DNA from: a virus
DNA: 64,000 nucleotides
IMG/VR virus record: IMGVR_UViG_3300027708_000026
Coordinates: 32,001-96,000 of that record
Strand: one strand, 5' to 3'
Below the pieces are notes generated by a model that made no database searches, had not been told where the DNA came from, and saw only the letters and a program-made list of their open reading frames with translations. Position numbers and translations under genes: made by a program. How positions within the stretch are numbered: the first letter of the stretch is position 1; each line of letters starts with the position of its first letter. This document shows positions 40,801-51,071 of this stretch, one piece after another.

Positions 40801-41485
40801 TTCTATAATAGGTGCTACTCCTAGCACCTATGCAACCATAGTGCCACCTAAACTGATCAAGAAAACTGGAACAGTTCCTTTGGGATCTGGCAATGCGATA
40901 GAACTAATCAATGCAAACAAAACTTTCCTAGCTGATCAAGTGACAGCATATGTTATGAATGTTTATAGAAATCCAGGAGTGTTTGATTATGATGAGGCTA
41001 AATGCCGACGAGACGTATTCTTAATACTACAAGAACTAATATATGATCTAGAGTCTGGTGGAAATTACCACAGTGTATTCTCAGGTTTAAGTTACTGGTC
41101 TAGGGACGGTACACATCATATCGTACAGATGGGCGAGAACGTAACAAGGAACGATTTATTCCCTGATGGTGCTACTGTTAATTTCTATCAACGTAGTTAC
41201 ATCAGCGCAAGCGGATATGTTTTTGAATATGTGGGAGCAGGCACCAATTATGGAGCATTGCCGCAATTTGGAGTCGCTGATCCGGTACAAGGTAAAGAAG
41301 TTGTACAGTTAGACAACGGAGCGGTGTTCTTTACATCAACAGATCAAAACGGTGACTTCCGTATTGGTCCTGGATTAGTTATCAGTCAAGCAACAGGTGT
41401 TCTAAGCGGTAGAACATTTACCAAGTCGCTGTTTGCCAATATGACACCATTTATATTGGCAATTGAAGGCGGCGGCGGATTTTAA
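34898..41485 (+). CDS. Giant virion structural protein, 2195 aa: fibre-type N-terminus, pectin-lyase-like beta-helix segments, seven CxRD helical repeats
   Basis: STTTGALVVxGGVGIG repeats; LYVTMDGDDTNDG...RTIGGA...IRVSAGHYFEDNP and SPYIQNCT beta-helix motifs; repeats CRRD/CYRD/CYRD/CKRD/CERD/CYRD/CRRD. Confidence 0.8.
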   Translation: MATITVSGTRSQTPGGPSAVSAPTGSINLNSTITNVSGQLNVGSNSTIGGSSSVGGNFYVTGSSSLTNQVVISSTLSSVSTTTGALVVGGGVGIGQNLNVGGNAVITGTVVVYNNVSITGTIAVLGSTTTVIINANDNNVGNPLGVEYTTTNVYGTIDQRLKGAVYVGGGVGIEKDLNVGGYIYGRVAKSDQTAQTLVTSTNVDEVFYPTFVNKLGISTATFSYTYIDNINTGTGGTTSTGGLTYNPYSGLLTTFNANISGPQNSVSTETGALTVAGGVGIAKDTHIGGKAYVAELITNLISSQTGPIAIKPEGGETDIYGEINVRGGKKPLGTAPVVTNTLYVTMDGDDTNDGRAQDPSRACRTIGGAMKSSYYQPGTQIRVSAGHYFEDNPLPMKPYTSVMGSDIRTTEIEPINKTQDLFHVNSGCYLAFMQFCQGRSGLLPGDYYTSDTNRGAYATAFPPQTGDNRIDLFHSPYIQNCTNLSGPWLKDGSLFQPNGTVQIPIVVGTATWVANTSSMLVTLNTSLSTSTVLQGMSVNQGQQNLGFFNARSLLLANKPFLQSQVVSFVDQTFNSGSFVYNAASCRRDLALIVDSVALDLIYNTTSESIFAGLQYWNQNGYTGSILNQLTTTTAAISHVRSLAYSVVNAIDGASALIVDADFQVILDIINNGTAGVSNIIVTNGEKTANTTLLNCYNALIAAKPTIASQTVAWITANNPTFTFNTSTCYRDIQYMIDSVAFDLSHPNNISGAPSNKQAVKSGVYYYNFDSTSTAVPNEVPQVVSAYNYLRSIIPNIVTGVELPKKYSLSTQSTTGYTSATIYESGLIQDKLDLITNIIRNGPSAVSDKIPMPLTQSGNIVLLNAYRLLEANITFLQDEIIAYIDSQFNNFDYNRQICYRDVGILVENVSYDATFGGNEKSIEAGLAYWNGAISKISGQETQTISAIDYLNSLCQRVITNTTCTVLSPVVGIKPGVQVINTVLIGGEVSSTSIGNLFNIITRLIQTGSGDEFIKQGSSAIDAAYLSAEVLMQANRAFIQEDTINWINNNYQTFPYNAIKCKRDTGVIIDSVVTDLLFPTPEYSQSTFAGLQYYIQSNLVGAVPDQYHQTVQAVEYLKELSAKVIQNITPADDLVSRYQTAEPQITNLEPGTYSDAKKVMANYDIILEILNGNITGWTDKLIFGFTASKFLSVQNAYAVLQANATYLAKEVVAYINATNPGFAATYDNAKCERDVGYMNTSVCFDLLYGGNKQSIQSGLNYYGYVGNISNIVNETTATIAAFNHLSIIASDIIQNILITPLQTTVQQVITTTTSTVGVANLFARAISTVTDIISNGTTVAATRLVPVSLTRSTTPATLVGADNILANKDFLKAEVIAYINQTFEGPSSFFYDQEKCYRDTGLIVDAVSQDILLGGNQKSVEAGLSYWSAGYNYVTGQETTTTAAINHARDIALQIIANQTVTPQLQTEATQIINTFYDYGQDYMPQQAIRRNFGIITNIIEKGPLYAPSIYPGSALANTTGLNALDVQIAPLVTSVKLVNTATNTYLIGLDIVTVGFANNATLYFGDSSIYPMQDYQVEELSLEYTGNANTWDMRKVDSIGGMGGSLVDGAVISERSPINSFVYDAYTQLTQGGRGVRITNNGYAQLVSVFTIFSSVGVQVDNGGIASIVNSNANFGDLCLVAKGYGTRKFSGTVYNPKFKAYPDSPGVNGYNQYYPNGFWPNNARVEIFVPDLDNRPHISLVMEVVPDEGHINEQGFPGFLTAQPNLATLTTGSITITGIDTAGISIGNFVYIRDQFASTFDKFQYVHDQIGNYLDINGNITTDPAQYIVNANYGIPYIATGTYVTNVSYASVTLNYALPTGGGFPGNDNYFTFYFCGNAYYTVLSSTVANNPKTPNTNIIGSANTSTDQVAAHIDSLQYLNSLIDKVIGNVTVAVQPLNSTSIQTFLPLVVGGANAASFIDLRFGEMTSIIGATPSTYATIVPPKLIKKTGTVPLGSGNAIELINANKTFLADQVTAYVMNVYRNPGVFDYDEAKCRRDVFLILQELIYDLESGGNYHSVFSGLSYWSRDGTHHIVQMGENVTRNDLFPDGATVNFYQRSYISASGYVFEYVGAGTNYGALPQFGVADPVQGKEVVQLDNGAVFFTSTDQNGDFRIGPGLVISQATGVLSGRTFTKSLFANMTPFILAIEGGGGF

Positions 41486-41497
41486 AAAGGATAAATC

Positions 41498-41878
41498 ATG
41501 GCGTTAATTCCATTAAATCAGTTTAGGACAATGACAGCTGTCTTAACTACAAGTACCTCGACAACAATTTATACATCACCTGTTGGAGTCACTAGTATTG
41601 TTCTCATGGCACAAGTTTCAAATAGGGGAACACAAACAAATGCTATAAGTTTTATACATAGTAGAAACATTCCTATACAACAAAATGCGCAGGGTAAGAA
41701 TGGGCAACCTATTGGCGACAGCTATCTAGTAGAAGAATATGGGTTACCGCCCCATGATGCAGTTAATTTATTGAGCGGTAAATTAGTTATAGAAACATTG
41801 GACAGTGTCAAAGCATATGCTTCTAAGGCAGGCGAATGTACACTTGTGCTAAGTATACTTGAAAGCTCTAATCAATAA
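41498..41878 (+). CDS. Small virion/fibre-associated protein, 126 aa
   Basis: AAGGA SD; TIYTSPVGVTSIVLMAQVSN...GKLVIETLDSV beta-sandwich-like pattern. Confidence 0.7.
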   Translation: MALIPLNQFRTMTAVLTTSTSTTIYTSPVGVTSIVLMAQVSNRGTQTNAISFIHSRNIPIQQNAQGKNGQPIGDSYLVEEYGLPPHDAVNLLSGKLVIETLDSVKAYASKAGECTLVLSILESSNQ

Positions 41879-41896
41879 AAATAAGTGAGATAACAC

Positions 41897-44023
41897 ATGC
41901 CAGCATTACTAAGCGGATCCTCATTAATCGCCGGGGCTTCAAACAGCTATATTACTCTTGCGACTGCGCAACCGCAATTACCCGCTACGCCATCTACTAA
42001 TACTGGTTTTACTGTAATAACGGACATAGTTTACCCATCACAATTAGTCACTAGATATGCTTCTAGCTTGGGAAATATTCAATTTACTACAGGTACGATG
42101 CAGGCAAACTTGCCTAATTTAAATATCAATATTGTTGGTACGGGAACAGGTACAGTTATTATATCGGGATCAGTAGCCAATACTAGTTCTGACACAGGTG
42201 TACTAGTAGTAAAAGGCGGAGTCGGTATTTCTGAAGGAATACGTACAGGAAAAGATATTGTAGTCAATGGATTGACTATGGGGCAGGGATATAGTAATCA
42301 AATTGGTGGGGTTAACAATATCGTTATCACCGGGACTGCTAGTCCACAACTAAATGCATTTCCTGTTGGGCAGGAAAGTATAGTAATTGGATACGATGCT
42401 CTTAAAGGTATCGATACTTCTTATAAAGTTATTGCTATTGGTAGGTATGCAGCAAGTACTGGTACTCAATTAGAAAATGTGATAGCAATTGGCGATAGTG
42501 CTTTAAAAAATATCGGAACTACTCAAACAGAATTTGCTGGATTTATATCGGCAGTTACTGCGGCAAATACATTAACACTAACAGTATTGAATCACACGCT
42601 GTCTACAGGCACAGAAGTATTAATCAAAGATGTAGTTGGCATGACAGAGTTAAATGGTCAGACTTATTTTGTTGGTGTAATGTCTACATCATCTATAAGA
42701 TTATATACTGATATTAATTTACAAACTGGTGTTGATGCCAGCACCTATAATGGCTATGTTAGTGGCGGCAAAATATATAAAACATTATTATGGAATGGCA
42801 ATTTTGCTATTGGAAATAATGCCGGTAAAAATTTAATCAACGGCGAACAAAACTTTTTCTTAGGTTATAATCCTGCCCCTAATTTTACCACAGGTAGTTA
42901 TAACTTCTTCATGGGCCATGATATCGCCCAAAATATGATAACCGGTAATGCTAATATTTCCATTGGCGGCGACAACATGGTCGATGCCAAAGATAATCAG
43001 GTTAATATTGGATCGGTATTTTACTACAACGGCTCTGGTTATTTAGAATTAAATGCAGATACTGGATTAGGCTTGGGTACTGAATCAACATCAACAGTTA
43101 GTGGCGCATTTAATGTAGATGGCGGTGCGGGCATAAGCGGTAACCTATATGTTGGCGGAGAAATTCATGTAGTCAGTGCTAGAAATGCAACTACCACTAC
43201 TGATGGGGCACTAGTGGTAACTGGGGGTGCTGGCATCGGCGGCGACTTATATGTTGGCGGCACATTACATGCAACTGCTTTATCGTCATTAGTTTCCGGA
43301 TCTAGCCAACGTGCTGATGAAATTTTAGTAACTCCTACATCGTCAACTAATTATTATCTAGCATTGACACCTAATATATCCGGATATAATTCAATTTATT
43401 CACCTAGCGATATTGAGTACGACGGTTTAAACGATGTACTAATAGTGGGATCTAGGATTGATGTTACAAATACAACCCCGTCAGCAAATACTTATTCAGG
43501 ATCACTGACCGTATATGGTGGTGTTGGTATTGGCGGATCACTAAATGTAGAAAATGGTATTACGACACAAAATGGTGATATTGGTATTGGCATACAAACC
43601 TTAGCTGGTCATGAATATTTTGCAATTCATGTTAATAAATTTACCGGGGCTTTAGAATTCCATCCTAATAGAGTTACTGTAACTACTTCGACGACCGCAG
43701 TGTTTGTAATCGATGACGACGGCGGCCCAACAGTATCTGTTAATCCTTTTAAGGTTACAAATACAACAGCATCTACTAGTACCACTACTGGTGCGCTGCA
43801 AGTATCAGGTGGTGTAGGTATAACTGGCAGTGTATACAGCCGAGATGGAAATCCGGAACAAAATTATCTGCTGTATACACCTAAAGTTACTATTACTAAT
43901 ACTGGGTTGCCACCAACAAATCCTAAGCCTGGTGATTTCTGGATAGACACGCAAATACTAGCCGAGCTTCAATTTATTCAGGACGGTACTAGTACATTCT
44001 GGATACAAATTACATCACTATAA
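41897..44023 (+). CDS. Tail fibre-like protein, 708 aa
   Basis: GALVVxGGxGI repeats, xAIGxxA repeats (trimeric adhesin-head-like), HTLSTGTEVLIKDVVGMTELNGQTYFV insert. Confidence 0.7.
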   Translation: MPALLSGSSLIAGASNSYITLATAQPQLPATPSTNTGFTVITDIVYPSQLVTRYASSLGNIQFTTGTMQANLPNLNINIVGTGTGTVIISGSVANTSSDTGVLVVKGGVGISEGIRTGKDIVVNGLTMGQGYSNQIGGVNNIVITGTASPQLNAFPVGQESIVIGYDALKGIDTSYKVIAIGRYAASTGTQLENVIAIGDSALKNIGTTQTEFAGFISAVTAANTLTLTVLNHTLSTGTEVLIKDVVGMTELNGQTYFVGVMSTSSIRLYTDINLQTGVDASTYNGYVSGGKIYKTLLWNGNFAIGNNAGKNLINGEQNFFLGYNPAPNFTTGSYNFFMGHDIAQNMITGNANISIGGDNMVDAKDNQVNIGSVFYYNGSGYLELNADTGLGLGTESTSTVSGAFNVDGGAGISGNLYVGGEIHVVSARNATTTTDGALVVTGGAGIGGDLYVGGTLHATALSSLVSGSSQRADEILVTPTSSTNYYLALTPNISGYNSIYSPSDIEYDGLNDVLIVGSRIDVTNTTPSANTYSGSLTVYGGVGIGGSLNVENGITTQNGDIGIGIQTLAGHEYFAIHVNKFTGALEFHPNRVTVTTSTTAVFVIDDDGGPTVSVNPFKVTNTTASTSTTTGALQVSGGVGITGSVYSRDGNPEQNYLLYTPKVTITNTGLPPTNPKPGDFWIDTQILAELQFIQDGTSTFWIQITSL

Positions 44024-44035
44024 AGAGTTAAAAAT

Positions 44036-44782
44036 ATGGCGTTATTAAATTTCCCCGCAAATCCATATGTAGGACAACAGTACACGCTTGGCGGAAAAAC
44101 TTATCAATGGACGGGGTATGCCTGGACCATAGTCAGTCAAGGGTCTGGTAATTTTGATGGCATAACTATAGGAACAGGTACAGGGGCAGTGTCAATTACT
44201 ACAGGTACTATTACAATTGGCGGTATTCCTATATTGACAACTGCATCTTTAGCAACCATTACATTACAGGCAGTTACTGATAACGGTTCTACAACTACAA
44301 ATAAAGTATATCTAACTAACACTACAAATTCTACAAGCACTACCACTGGAGCATTACAGGTAAAGGGTGGTGTAGGTATTGGTGGAGATATAAATGTAGG
44401 TGGTACTGTATATTCTGAACACTTACAAATTGCTGATTCAGTATTTGACAGTACTGCGACACCGGTTAATACAGCAGTGGCGACCGTGATTGATTCTTAT
44501 CCAGTTACACAATTTAGAACGTCTAAATACTTGGTGCAAATAGACGACCCATCCACTAATAGTTATCAAGCCAGTGAATTATTAATGTTGGTTGCAAATA
44601 CTGCAAGTGTTTACACTACTTGGGTGACTGAGTATGCTACGGTAAAAAATAATACATTGCTTGGTCAATTTCAAAGCCAAGTGGTATCACTTATTGGAAT
44701 TCCGACTGCGCAGTTATTATTCCAAGCAAATGGTGCAACTAGTAAAACAGTAAAAGTATTACGTATTGGCATGACACCTTAA
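44036..44782 (+). CDS. Fibre-associated protein, 248 aa
   Basis: FPANPYVGQQYTLGGKTYQWTGYAW N-terminal module, TLQAVTDNG and [17 protein letters not shown] repeats. Confidence 0.7.
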   Translation: MALLNFPANPYVGQQYTLGGKTYQWTGYAWTIVSQGSGNFDGITIGTGTGAVSITTGTITIGGIPILTTASLATITLQAVTDNGSTTTNKVYLTNTTNSTSTTTGALQVKGGVGIGGDINVGGTVYSEHLQIADSVFDSTATPVNTAVATVIDSYPVTQFRTSKYLVQIDDPSTNSYQASELLMLVANTASVYTTWVTEYATVKNNTLLGQFQSQVVSLIGIPTAQLLFQANGATSKTVKVLRIGMTP

Positions 44783-44797
44783 CGGGAAGAAACCAAC

Positions 44798-47700
44798 GTG
44801 GCACTAACTCCAGTAAATCAGGATTTTAATGTAAACAACGGACTCGTTGTTTTAGGCACAAGTGCGGTTACAAGTTCAACTGATCAGACTAATGCACTAC
44901 AGGTTAATAGTGGCGCTGCTGTTGCCCAAAATTTAATTGTTGGCACTGACGGAAAAATTTACGGAAATTTTGAAGTAGTTGGTACTACCACACTAGGCAA
45001 TACAGTTCTTAGTACATCTACTGTCAGCGGTGATTTAACTGTGACAGGCGAGATAATTGCAACACGATTAACAATACAATACACTACAGTTACTACCGCA
45101 TTAGTCACTACTGATGATATAATATCAACTTATAACACTACATCATCTACTGGTACGACTACCGGCGCATTGGTCATTGCCGGCGGTGTGGGCATTGGCA
45201 AAGATGTATTTGTTGGTGGTAATGTTACTGCTCCTAGATTTTTAGGAACTGCTACTACAGCAAAAAATTTAGAAGGCGGCAGCACCAATAGTATACCATA
45301 TCAATCTACTGCCGGATCTACGGTATTTTTACCTGTTGGTTTAGACGGTACTATACTTGGAGTAGTCGGGCAACAACTGACATGGACTAGCTCTGCAGGT
45401 GCGACAGTCGGCAATGCAAACACTGCAACAAACTTAGCAGGCGGAACCAAAGGAGCAATACCTTATCAATCCGATGTTGGCCAAACAGCTTTTGATGCTT
45501 CTGGATTGAAATATGTCAGCTCGTTGACACAACTAGTAACCAATAATATTTTAGTAACCAGTTCAGCATCTGGAACCACTATTGGTGGCGGGGCAATATC
45601 AGTCACAGGCGGCGCATATTTTGGAAAAGATGTTTACATCGCAGAGACTGGCATGGGTGCATTTACTGTAGCAGGTTATGCGGCTATCGGTAAAAGATTA
45701 ACTATATTAGATTATACAGATGCATCAAGCACTGGCACAGGGGCTTTGATCGTATCTAATGGCGGTGCATACATATCTCAGAATGTATATATTGGTAGTA
45801 CGGTAACTGCTGCCAACGCACGTATTACTTCTTTGGGCAATAATCGGTTAATTTATTCAGATACTTCCGGAAATTTACAAAATACAGTAGTTACCTATAG
45901 CACACAAACGCTACAATTATCTGGAACTATAACCAATGCTCTATATGCAGGTACTGCCACTTACGCGATTACCAGTGCATTTGCGACTACTAGCGGATAC
46001 ACATTATCTTTTAATACTGGCACACTAGTAACAAATGCTCTATATGCAGATACTGCCACTTACTCGATTACCAGTGCATTTGCGACTACTAGCGGATACA
46101 CATTATCTTTTAATACTGGCACACTAGTAACAAATGCATTATATTCAGTCACTGCTACTTATGCAACTATAGCATTGGGGTTTAATACTAATACATTGGT
46201 ATCATCAGCGGTCACAGCATCTTATGCAACAAATGTACTCGGCGGCTCATATGGAAGTGTATTATATCAAACAGCAACTAATCAGACTGCTGCATTACCT
46301 ATAGGCGGCGAAGGTACAATATTAGCGATTGTCAATGGTATATTGGGTTGGGGAAATCCTTCAGGATTTACAGTAAGTACCGCGACTAATTTTAATGGTG
46401 GTCAGGCTGGATCGATACCATTTCAAACGGGCTCTGGACAAACATCATTTGACGATCTAAACTTAAACTTCCATCTTCCTTATACACCAGATGCGATTTT
46501 ATCCGCAAATAAATTAGCAGTAACTAGTACTACAAATAGTATTTCATCAATAACTGGTGCATTAGTAGTATCTGGCGGTGTCGGAGTAAAAGGTGATATC
46601 TATGTAGGCGGTGCTATATATTCTAACGGTCAAGCAGTATTAACTGGCGGGACTGGTACTGGTTTCGTTAGCAACATAGTTGCAGGTACTGGAATAAGTG
46701 TATCCTCATCAACTGGTGCTATCACCATTTCCAATACAGGTGTACTGACGTTAACAGCTGGTACTGACACATCATTGAGTACTTCGACTGGTAATATTAC
46801 AGTATGGAATAATAGCACATTACAGAGTGTAACTTCTAGAGGATCAAGTACCAATAGAATTATTACAATATCTAATAATACCACTGCATCATCTACACAG
46901 TCTGCGGCATTGGTAGTAACTGGCGGAGTTGGTATTGGGCAAAATGTTTATATCGGTGGCAAGATAAATGTTGGTGGAAACATATTGCCAACAACTAGCA
47001 CAGTTAGTTTAGGAACATTAGAAAATCCGTTCGCAGATTTATATTTAGGATCTAATTCTTTAAACATTGATACTGTTAGATTTTCTGGAATTGGATCAAC
47101 ACTAACTATAACAGTAATACCTACTCCACCTACCTATGCTACTATCCCGGCTACATTAAATATTGGGAATATTTTAATTACGGGTGCGACTAATTCAACA
47201 TCAACAAATACTGGATCACTACAGGTTGCTGGTGGCGCCGGTATTGCTAAAGATATTCAGGTTGGCGGCAGTGCGATAATTGCGAATACATTATCTATAT
47301 TCAGCACACTATCTAGCACAACAACTATATTCCAAAATGCGTTATACGTAGCAGGTGGTGTTGGTGTTGGTAAAAACTTACTCGTTACTGGTGAAGCGGT
47401 ATTCCAAAATAATGTAACATTTAACGGCACAACGACCTATGTGTTGAGTACAAATAGTGTTTACACTGACAATATTATTGAGTTACATTATCCTAACACT
47501 CCGGGAAATACATGGACAGTCAATGATAATAATGATATTGGATTACGATTCCATTATTATGATACACAAGATCGAAATGCATTCCTAGGTCGAGATAATG
47601 CCACTGGCTATTTAGAATGGCTAGTTAACGCCGGCCCTGATAATACAGCAAACGTCACAGGTACTAATGGGATATTTAGATTAGGCAGTATTATTTTAAC

Positions 47701-50700
47701 AAATACCACTGCATCAACAAATACAGCTACTGGGGCGCTAACAGTCGTAGGCGGAGTTGGAATAGGCGGAGATTTACAAGTTGGTGGCACGATTTATAGA
47801 AATGGAATATCTGTAGGTTATGGATATACTGGTAGCGTCGGTCCGCAGGGACCTATAGGATATGCAGGAAGTTCCGGTGCAGGTGGTGGCACTGGTTATA
47901 CCGGATCAATCGGCCCACAAGGACCGCAGGGATATTCGGGATCGGTTGGACCACAGGGACCGCAGGGGGTAACAGGCCCGCAAGGACCTCAGGGATATTC
48001 GGGATCGATTGGACCGCAAGGCGCAACTGGATATGCGGGTTCAACTGGCACACAAGGAATTACTGGTTATACTGGTTCAATTGGATCTACTGGTACACAA
48101 GGACCTATAGGATATGCAGGAAGTTCTGGTGCAGGTGGCGGCACTGGTTATACTGGTTCAATTGGATCTACTGGTACACAAGGACCTATTGGATATGCTG
48201 GATCTATTGGCCCACAAGGGCCGCAGGGATATTCTGGATCAGTTGGATCTACTGGTACACAAGGACCTATTGGATATGCTGGATCTATTGGTCCACAGGG
48301 GATACGCGGGTATGATGGAAGCCGCGGGCCGCAAGGGCCACAGGGCGTAACCGGACCACAGGGCCCGGTTGGATACACTGGTTCAATTGGATCCACTGGT
48401 ACCATAGGATATTCTGGATCAGTTGGATCCACTGGTACTATAGGCTATTCGGGTTCAGTTGGCGCACAGGGACCTATCGGATACACTGGATCAGTTGGAT
48501 CTACTGGTACTACAGGTTATGCTGGCTCAGTCGGATCCACTGGTACTATAGGCTATTCGGGTTCAGTTGGATCTACTGGTACTACAGGGTATGCTGGTTC
48601 AATTGGATCCACTGGTACACAAGGACCTATTGGATACGCTGGATCTATTGGCCCACAAGGGCCGCAGGGATATTCTGGATCAGTTGGATCTACTGGTACA
48701 CAGGGACCTATTGGATATGCTGGATCTATTGGATATGCTGGGTCAGTCGGATCCACTGGTACTATAGGCTATTCGGGTTCAGTTGGATCTACTGGTACTA
48801 CGGGGTATGCTGGTTCAGTTGGCTTAACTGGATCGTTTACAGGTACAACTACATCAACAGTTTTTATCAATAACACGACTACATCAGTCAGTACAAATAC
48901 CGGCGCTCTGACCGTAGCAGGTGGTGTTGGCATAGGCGGTGCTGTTTATATTGGGACATCTTCCTATATTGCTGGCGCACAGATCATTACCACTGCCACT
49001 ATTGGAAATTACGCTAGCGGCGGCAGTACTAGTTCAAGTGGTATATCAATATACGATGAAGGTATTCAAATAGCATCGACAGTGACTGCTCTTAACTTTG
49101 TTGGAGACGGCGTTATAGCTACAACTTCAACTGCTGGAGCTATAAAGTTTGTTGGAAATACTCAATGGTTAAGTATTCCATCTGTCGCAGGATTAAATTT
49201 AGGCGATCCTAGTTACCCCGGCGCCCTAGACGGGCCAAACTTTACAATTGAATTTTGGATGTACGCCACTAGTTCTGCTACCGATGTGTACATAATGGAT
49301 AAAGATGGGATTGCAGGCCTATCATATGCTGAATACGGATTTAAGTTATCGACCTTAAGAGTAGTAACATTTTATGTTGGGCATGGTGATAATGCCGGCA
49401 CCCAGTATGGTGGGGAGCAAAATTTCACAGTAGGCACAGTCGCATTGAATACCTGGTATCATGTGGCTGCAACACAATCGGCCACAAATCAAATTAAAAC
49501 ATTCCTTAATGGCACATTAACTGGCACTACTACAAGAAATCAAAGGATGGTTGATGGCGGTAAAGCGTTATTAATAGGCTGGTGTCAAGATCAAGCAACT
49601 AATACTCGATTTACTGGATATCTAACTAACATTCGAATTGTCAAAGGCACAGCACTTTATACGAATACCTTTCCATTGCCCGCCGCCGCACTGACCACAG
49701 TCACAAGCACTGCACTTTTATTAAATGCCGCCAGTCCTGCATCTTTTCTCGCAGATGGTAGCACAAATAACGCCAGCATAACCAACAACGGAACAGTCTC
49801 GTTTGTCAGCAGCTCGCCACTCTTTGCAGGTGTAACAGTTACTATACCAAGTTTTTCAGTATCGAGTGTTTCGTCAAATACACCAAGATATCTAACATTC
49901 GTCTCCACTACCACTGGATCTGCAAGTGCAGAAACAACAGCTACCGGATTATTATATGTTGCAAATAGAGGTATAGCTATTGGCACAAGCACAATAACAG
50001 CATTAGCTGATCCAATGGGATTGGCCGGAGGTTATATTAGGGGCAAAGTTTTAGATCTCTACGGTGGTTTATATATTAGACAAGTGGGCTCTAGCATTAT
50101 TTCGTCAAATTATCTGGGTCAAGGTGTTTACGACAATACCACTTACATTAATGCAGGCGGCACTAACAATAATTTTATTTGGCAGATAAATGGCGGCCAA
50201 AAGATGTACCTATCAAATGCTGGATATTTTGGCATTGGGACATCTCCAATATCCGATTTACATTTACAAGGCTCACAATTTAGACACAATGATGTCAGCG
50301 GGTGGAACACTTATACATTTACTGTATTACCAGGAGTGGTACAACTAGCATCGACTGCCAGTATTTCAATTCAGTCAGCTAATGTTTCCATCACTTCAAC
50401 TGCATCAAGCACCGGTACTACAACAGGAGCATTACAAGTTGTGGGCGGCGTTGGCATTGGTGGAGATTTATATTTTGGTGGAATAATTTCTGGAGGTGGA
50501 GTTAGAACAAGTACTACCACAACTACACCAAATCCTGCAAGCGTAGGAGACGTTTGGTATTATCAAGGCACTGATGTAGTTTATAGATACCAATATGATG
50601 GAACAACCAGTACATGGGTAGATGTAACTGGACCTAATCTCATTGGATTGTATCAATATCAAGGCAATGCTGCATCAACTCCTGCCTATCTATCTGCTGC

Positions 50701-51070
50701 TTCAGGTAATAATTTTATAACACCATCAGTAGCATGGGCAGCAGCAGCACCTGTAGCATTAACTGATGCAGCGACAATACCTGTGGATTTAAGTGCGGGA
50801 ATGAATTTTACCTGCCTGTTAACCAGCGGAGTTGGCACAACAAGAAAGTTAGATAATTTTGTAAATCCTAAACCAGGACAAACTGGATGGATAATGTTTA
50901 CACAGGGTGCAACTGGAAACAATAATGTCACATTTGGTAATAACTGGCATTGGCCTCTAGGAACCACTGGAACATTTTCTACATCAACTGCCAACGCCGT
51001 AGATATTTTATTTTATACAGTTCTAACACCAACATACTATTTAGGTAATATGGCCAATAGGGTGGTATAA
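44798..51070 (+). CDS. Long tail fibre protein, 2090 aa, with collagen-like region and LamG/concanavalin-like domain
   Basis: GTG start; many STxTGALxVxGGVGIG repeats; G-X-Y tract; FTIEFWMY...NTWYHVAAT...[17 protein letters not shown] LamG-like motif. Confidence 0.85.
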   Translation: MALTPVNQDFNVNNGLVVLGTSAVTSSTDQTNALQVNSGAAVAQNLIVGTDGKIYGNFEVVGTTTLGNTVLSTSTVSGDLTVTGEIIATRLTIQYTTVTTALVTTDDIISTYNTTSSTGTTTGALVIAGGVGIGKDVFVGGNVTAPRFLGTATTAKNLEGGSTNSIPYQSTAGSTVFLPVGLDGTILGVVGQQLTWTSSAGATVGNANTATNLAGGTKGAIPYQSDVGQTAFDASGLKYVSSLTQLVTNNILVTSSASGTTIGGGAISVTGGAYFGKDVYIAETGMGAFTVAGYAAIGKRLTILDYTDASSTGTGALIVSNGGAYISQNVYIGSTVTAANARITSLGNNRLIYSDTSGNLQNTVVTYSTQTLQLSGTITNALYAGTATYAITSAFATTSGYTLSFNTGTLVTNALYADTATYSITSAFATTSGYTLSFNTGTLVTNALYSVTATYATIALGFNTNTLVSSAVTASYATNVLGGSYGSVLYQTATNQTAALPIGGEGTILAIVNGILGWGNPSGFTVSTATNFNGGQAGSIPFQTGSGQTSFDDLNLNFHLPYTPDAILSANKLAVTSTTNSISSITGALVVSGGVGVKGDIYVGGAIYSNGQAVLTGGTGTGFVSNIVAGTGISVSSSTGAITISNTGVLTLTAGTDTSLSTSTGNITVWNNSTLQSVTSRGSSTNRIITISNNTTASSTQSAALVVTGGVGIGQNVYIGGKINVGGNILPTTSTVSLGTLENPFADLYLGSNSLNIDTVRFSGIGSTLTITVIPTPPTYATIPATLNIGNILITGATNSTSTNTGSLQVAGGAGIAKDIQVGGSAIIANTLSIFSTLSSTTTIFQNALYVAGGVGVGKNLLVTGEAVFQNNVTFNGTTTYVLSTNSVYTDNIIELHYPNTPGNTWTVNDNNDIGLRFHYYDTQDRNAFLGRDNATGYLEWLVNAGPDNTANVTGTNGIFRLGSIILTNTTASTNTATGALTVVGGVGIGGDLQVGGTIYRNGISVGYGYTGSVGPQGPIGYAGSSGAGGGTGYTGSIGPQGPQGYSGSVGPQGPQGVTGPQGPQGYSGSIGPQGATGYAGSTGTQGITGYTGSIGSTGTQGPIGYAGSSGAGGGTGYTGSIGSTGTQGPIGYAGSIGPQGPQGYSGSVGSTGTQGPIGYAGSIGPQGIRGYDGSRGPQGPQGVTGPQGPVGYTGSIGSTGTIGYSGSVGSTGTIGYSGSVGAQGPIGYTGSVGSTGTTGYAGSVGSTGTIGYSGSVGSTGTTGYAGSIGSTGTQGPIGYAGSIGPQGPQGYSGSVGSTGTQGPIGYAGSIGYAGSVGSTGTIGYSGSVGSTGTTGYAGSVGLTGSFTGTTTSTVFINNTTTSVSTNTGALTVAGGVGIGGAVYIGTSSYIAGAQIITTATIGNYASGGSTSSSGISIYDEGIQIASTVTALNFVGDGVIATTSTAGAIKFVGNTQWLSIPSVAGLNLGDPSYPGALDGPNFTIEFWMYATSSATDVYIMDKDGIAGLSYAEYGFKLSTLRVVTFYVGHGDNAGTQYGGEQNFTVGTVALNTWYHVAATQSATNQIKTFLNGTLTGTTTRNQRMVDGGKALLIGWCQDQATNTRFTGYLTNIRIVKGTALYTNTFPLPAAALTTVTSTALLLNAASPASFLADGSTNNASITNNGTVSFVSSSPLFAGVTVTIPSFSVSSVSSNTPRYLTFVSTTTGSASAETTATGLLYVANRGIAIGTSTITALADPMGLAGGYIRGKVLDLYGGLYIRQVGSSIISSNYLGQGVYDNTTYINAGGTNNNFIWQINGGQKMYLSNAGYFGIGTSPISDLHLQGSQFRHNDVSGWNTYTFTVLPGVVQLASTASISIQSANVSITSTASSTGTTTGALQVVGGVGIGGDLYFGGIISGGGVRTSTTTTTPNPASVGDVWYYQGTDVVYRYQYDGTTSTWVDVTGPNLIGLYQYQGNAASTPAYLSAASGNNFITPSVAWAAAAPVALTDAATIPVDLSAGMNFTCLLTSGVGTTRKLDNFVNPKPGQTGWIMFTQGATGNNNVTFGNNWHWPLGTTGTFSTSTANAVDILFYTVLTPTYYLGNMANRVV
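45935..46137 (+). repeat. 99-bp in-frame tandem repeat (2 copies, 2 mismatches)
   Basis: aatgctctatatgcag at 45935 and 46034; encodes NALYA(G/D)TATY(A/S)[22 protein letters not shown]. Confidence 0.9.
47822..48838 (+). repeat. Collagen-like (G-X-Y)n tract, ~113 triplets
   Basis: 1017 nt of GYT/GYA/GYS/GSI/GSV/GPQ/GST triplets in one register, built from internally duplicated blocks. Confidence 0.95.
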
Positions 51071-51071
51071 C

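Noticed and set aside
45935-48838. CRISPR array or diversity-generating retroelement TR/VR pair
   Set aside because: Repeats are in-frame multiples of 3 inside a fibre gene with no unique spacers; no cas or reverse transcriptase gene in the window; the two mismatches in the 99-bp repeat are too few to show an adenine-specific pattern
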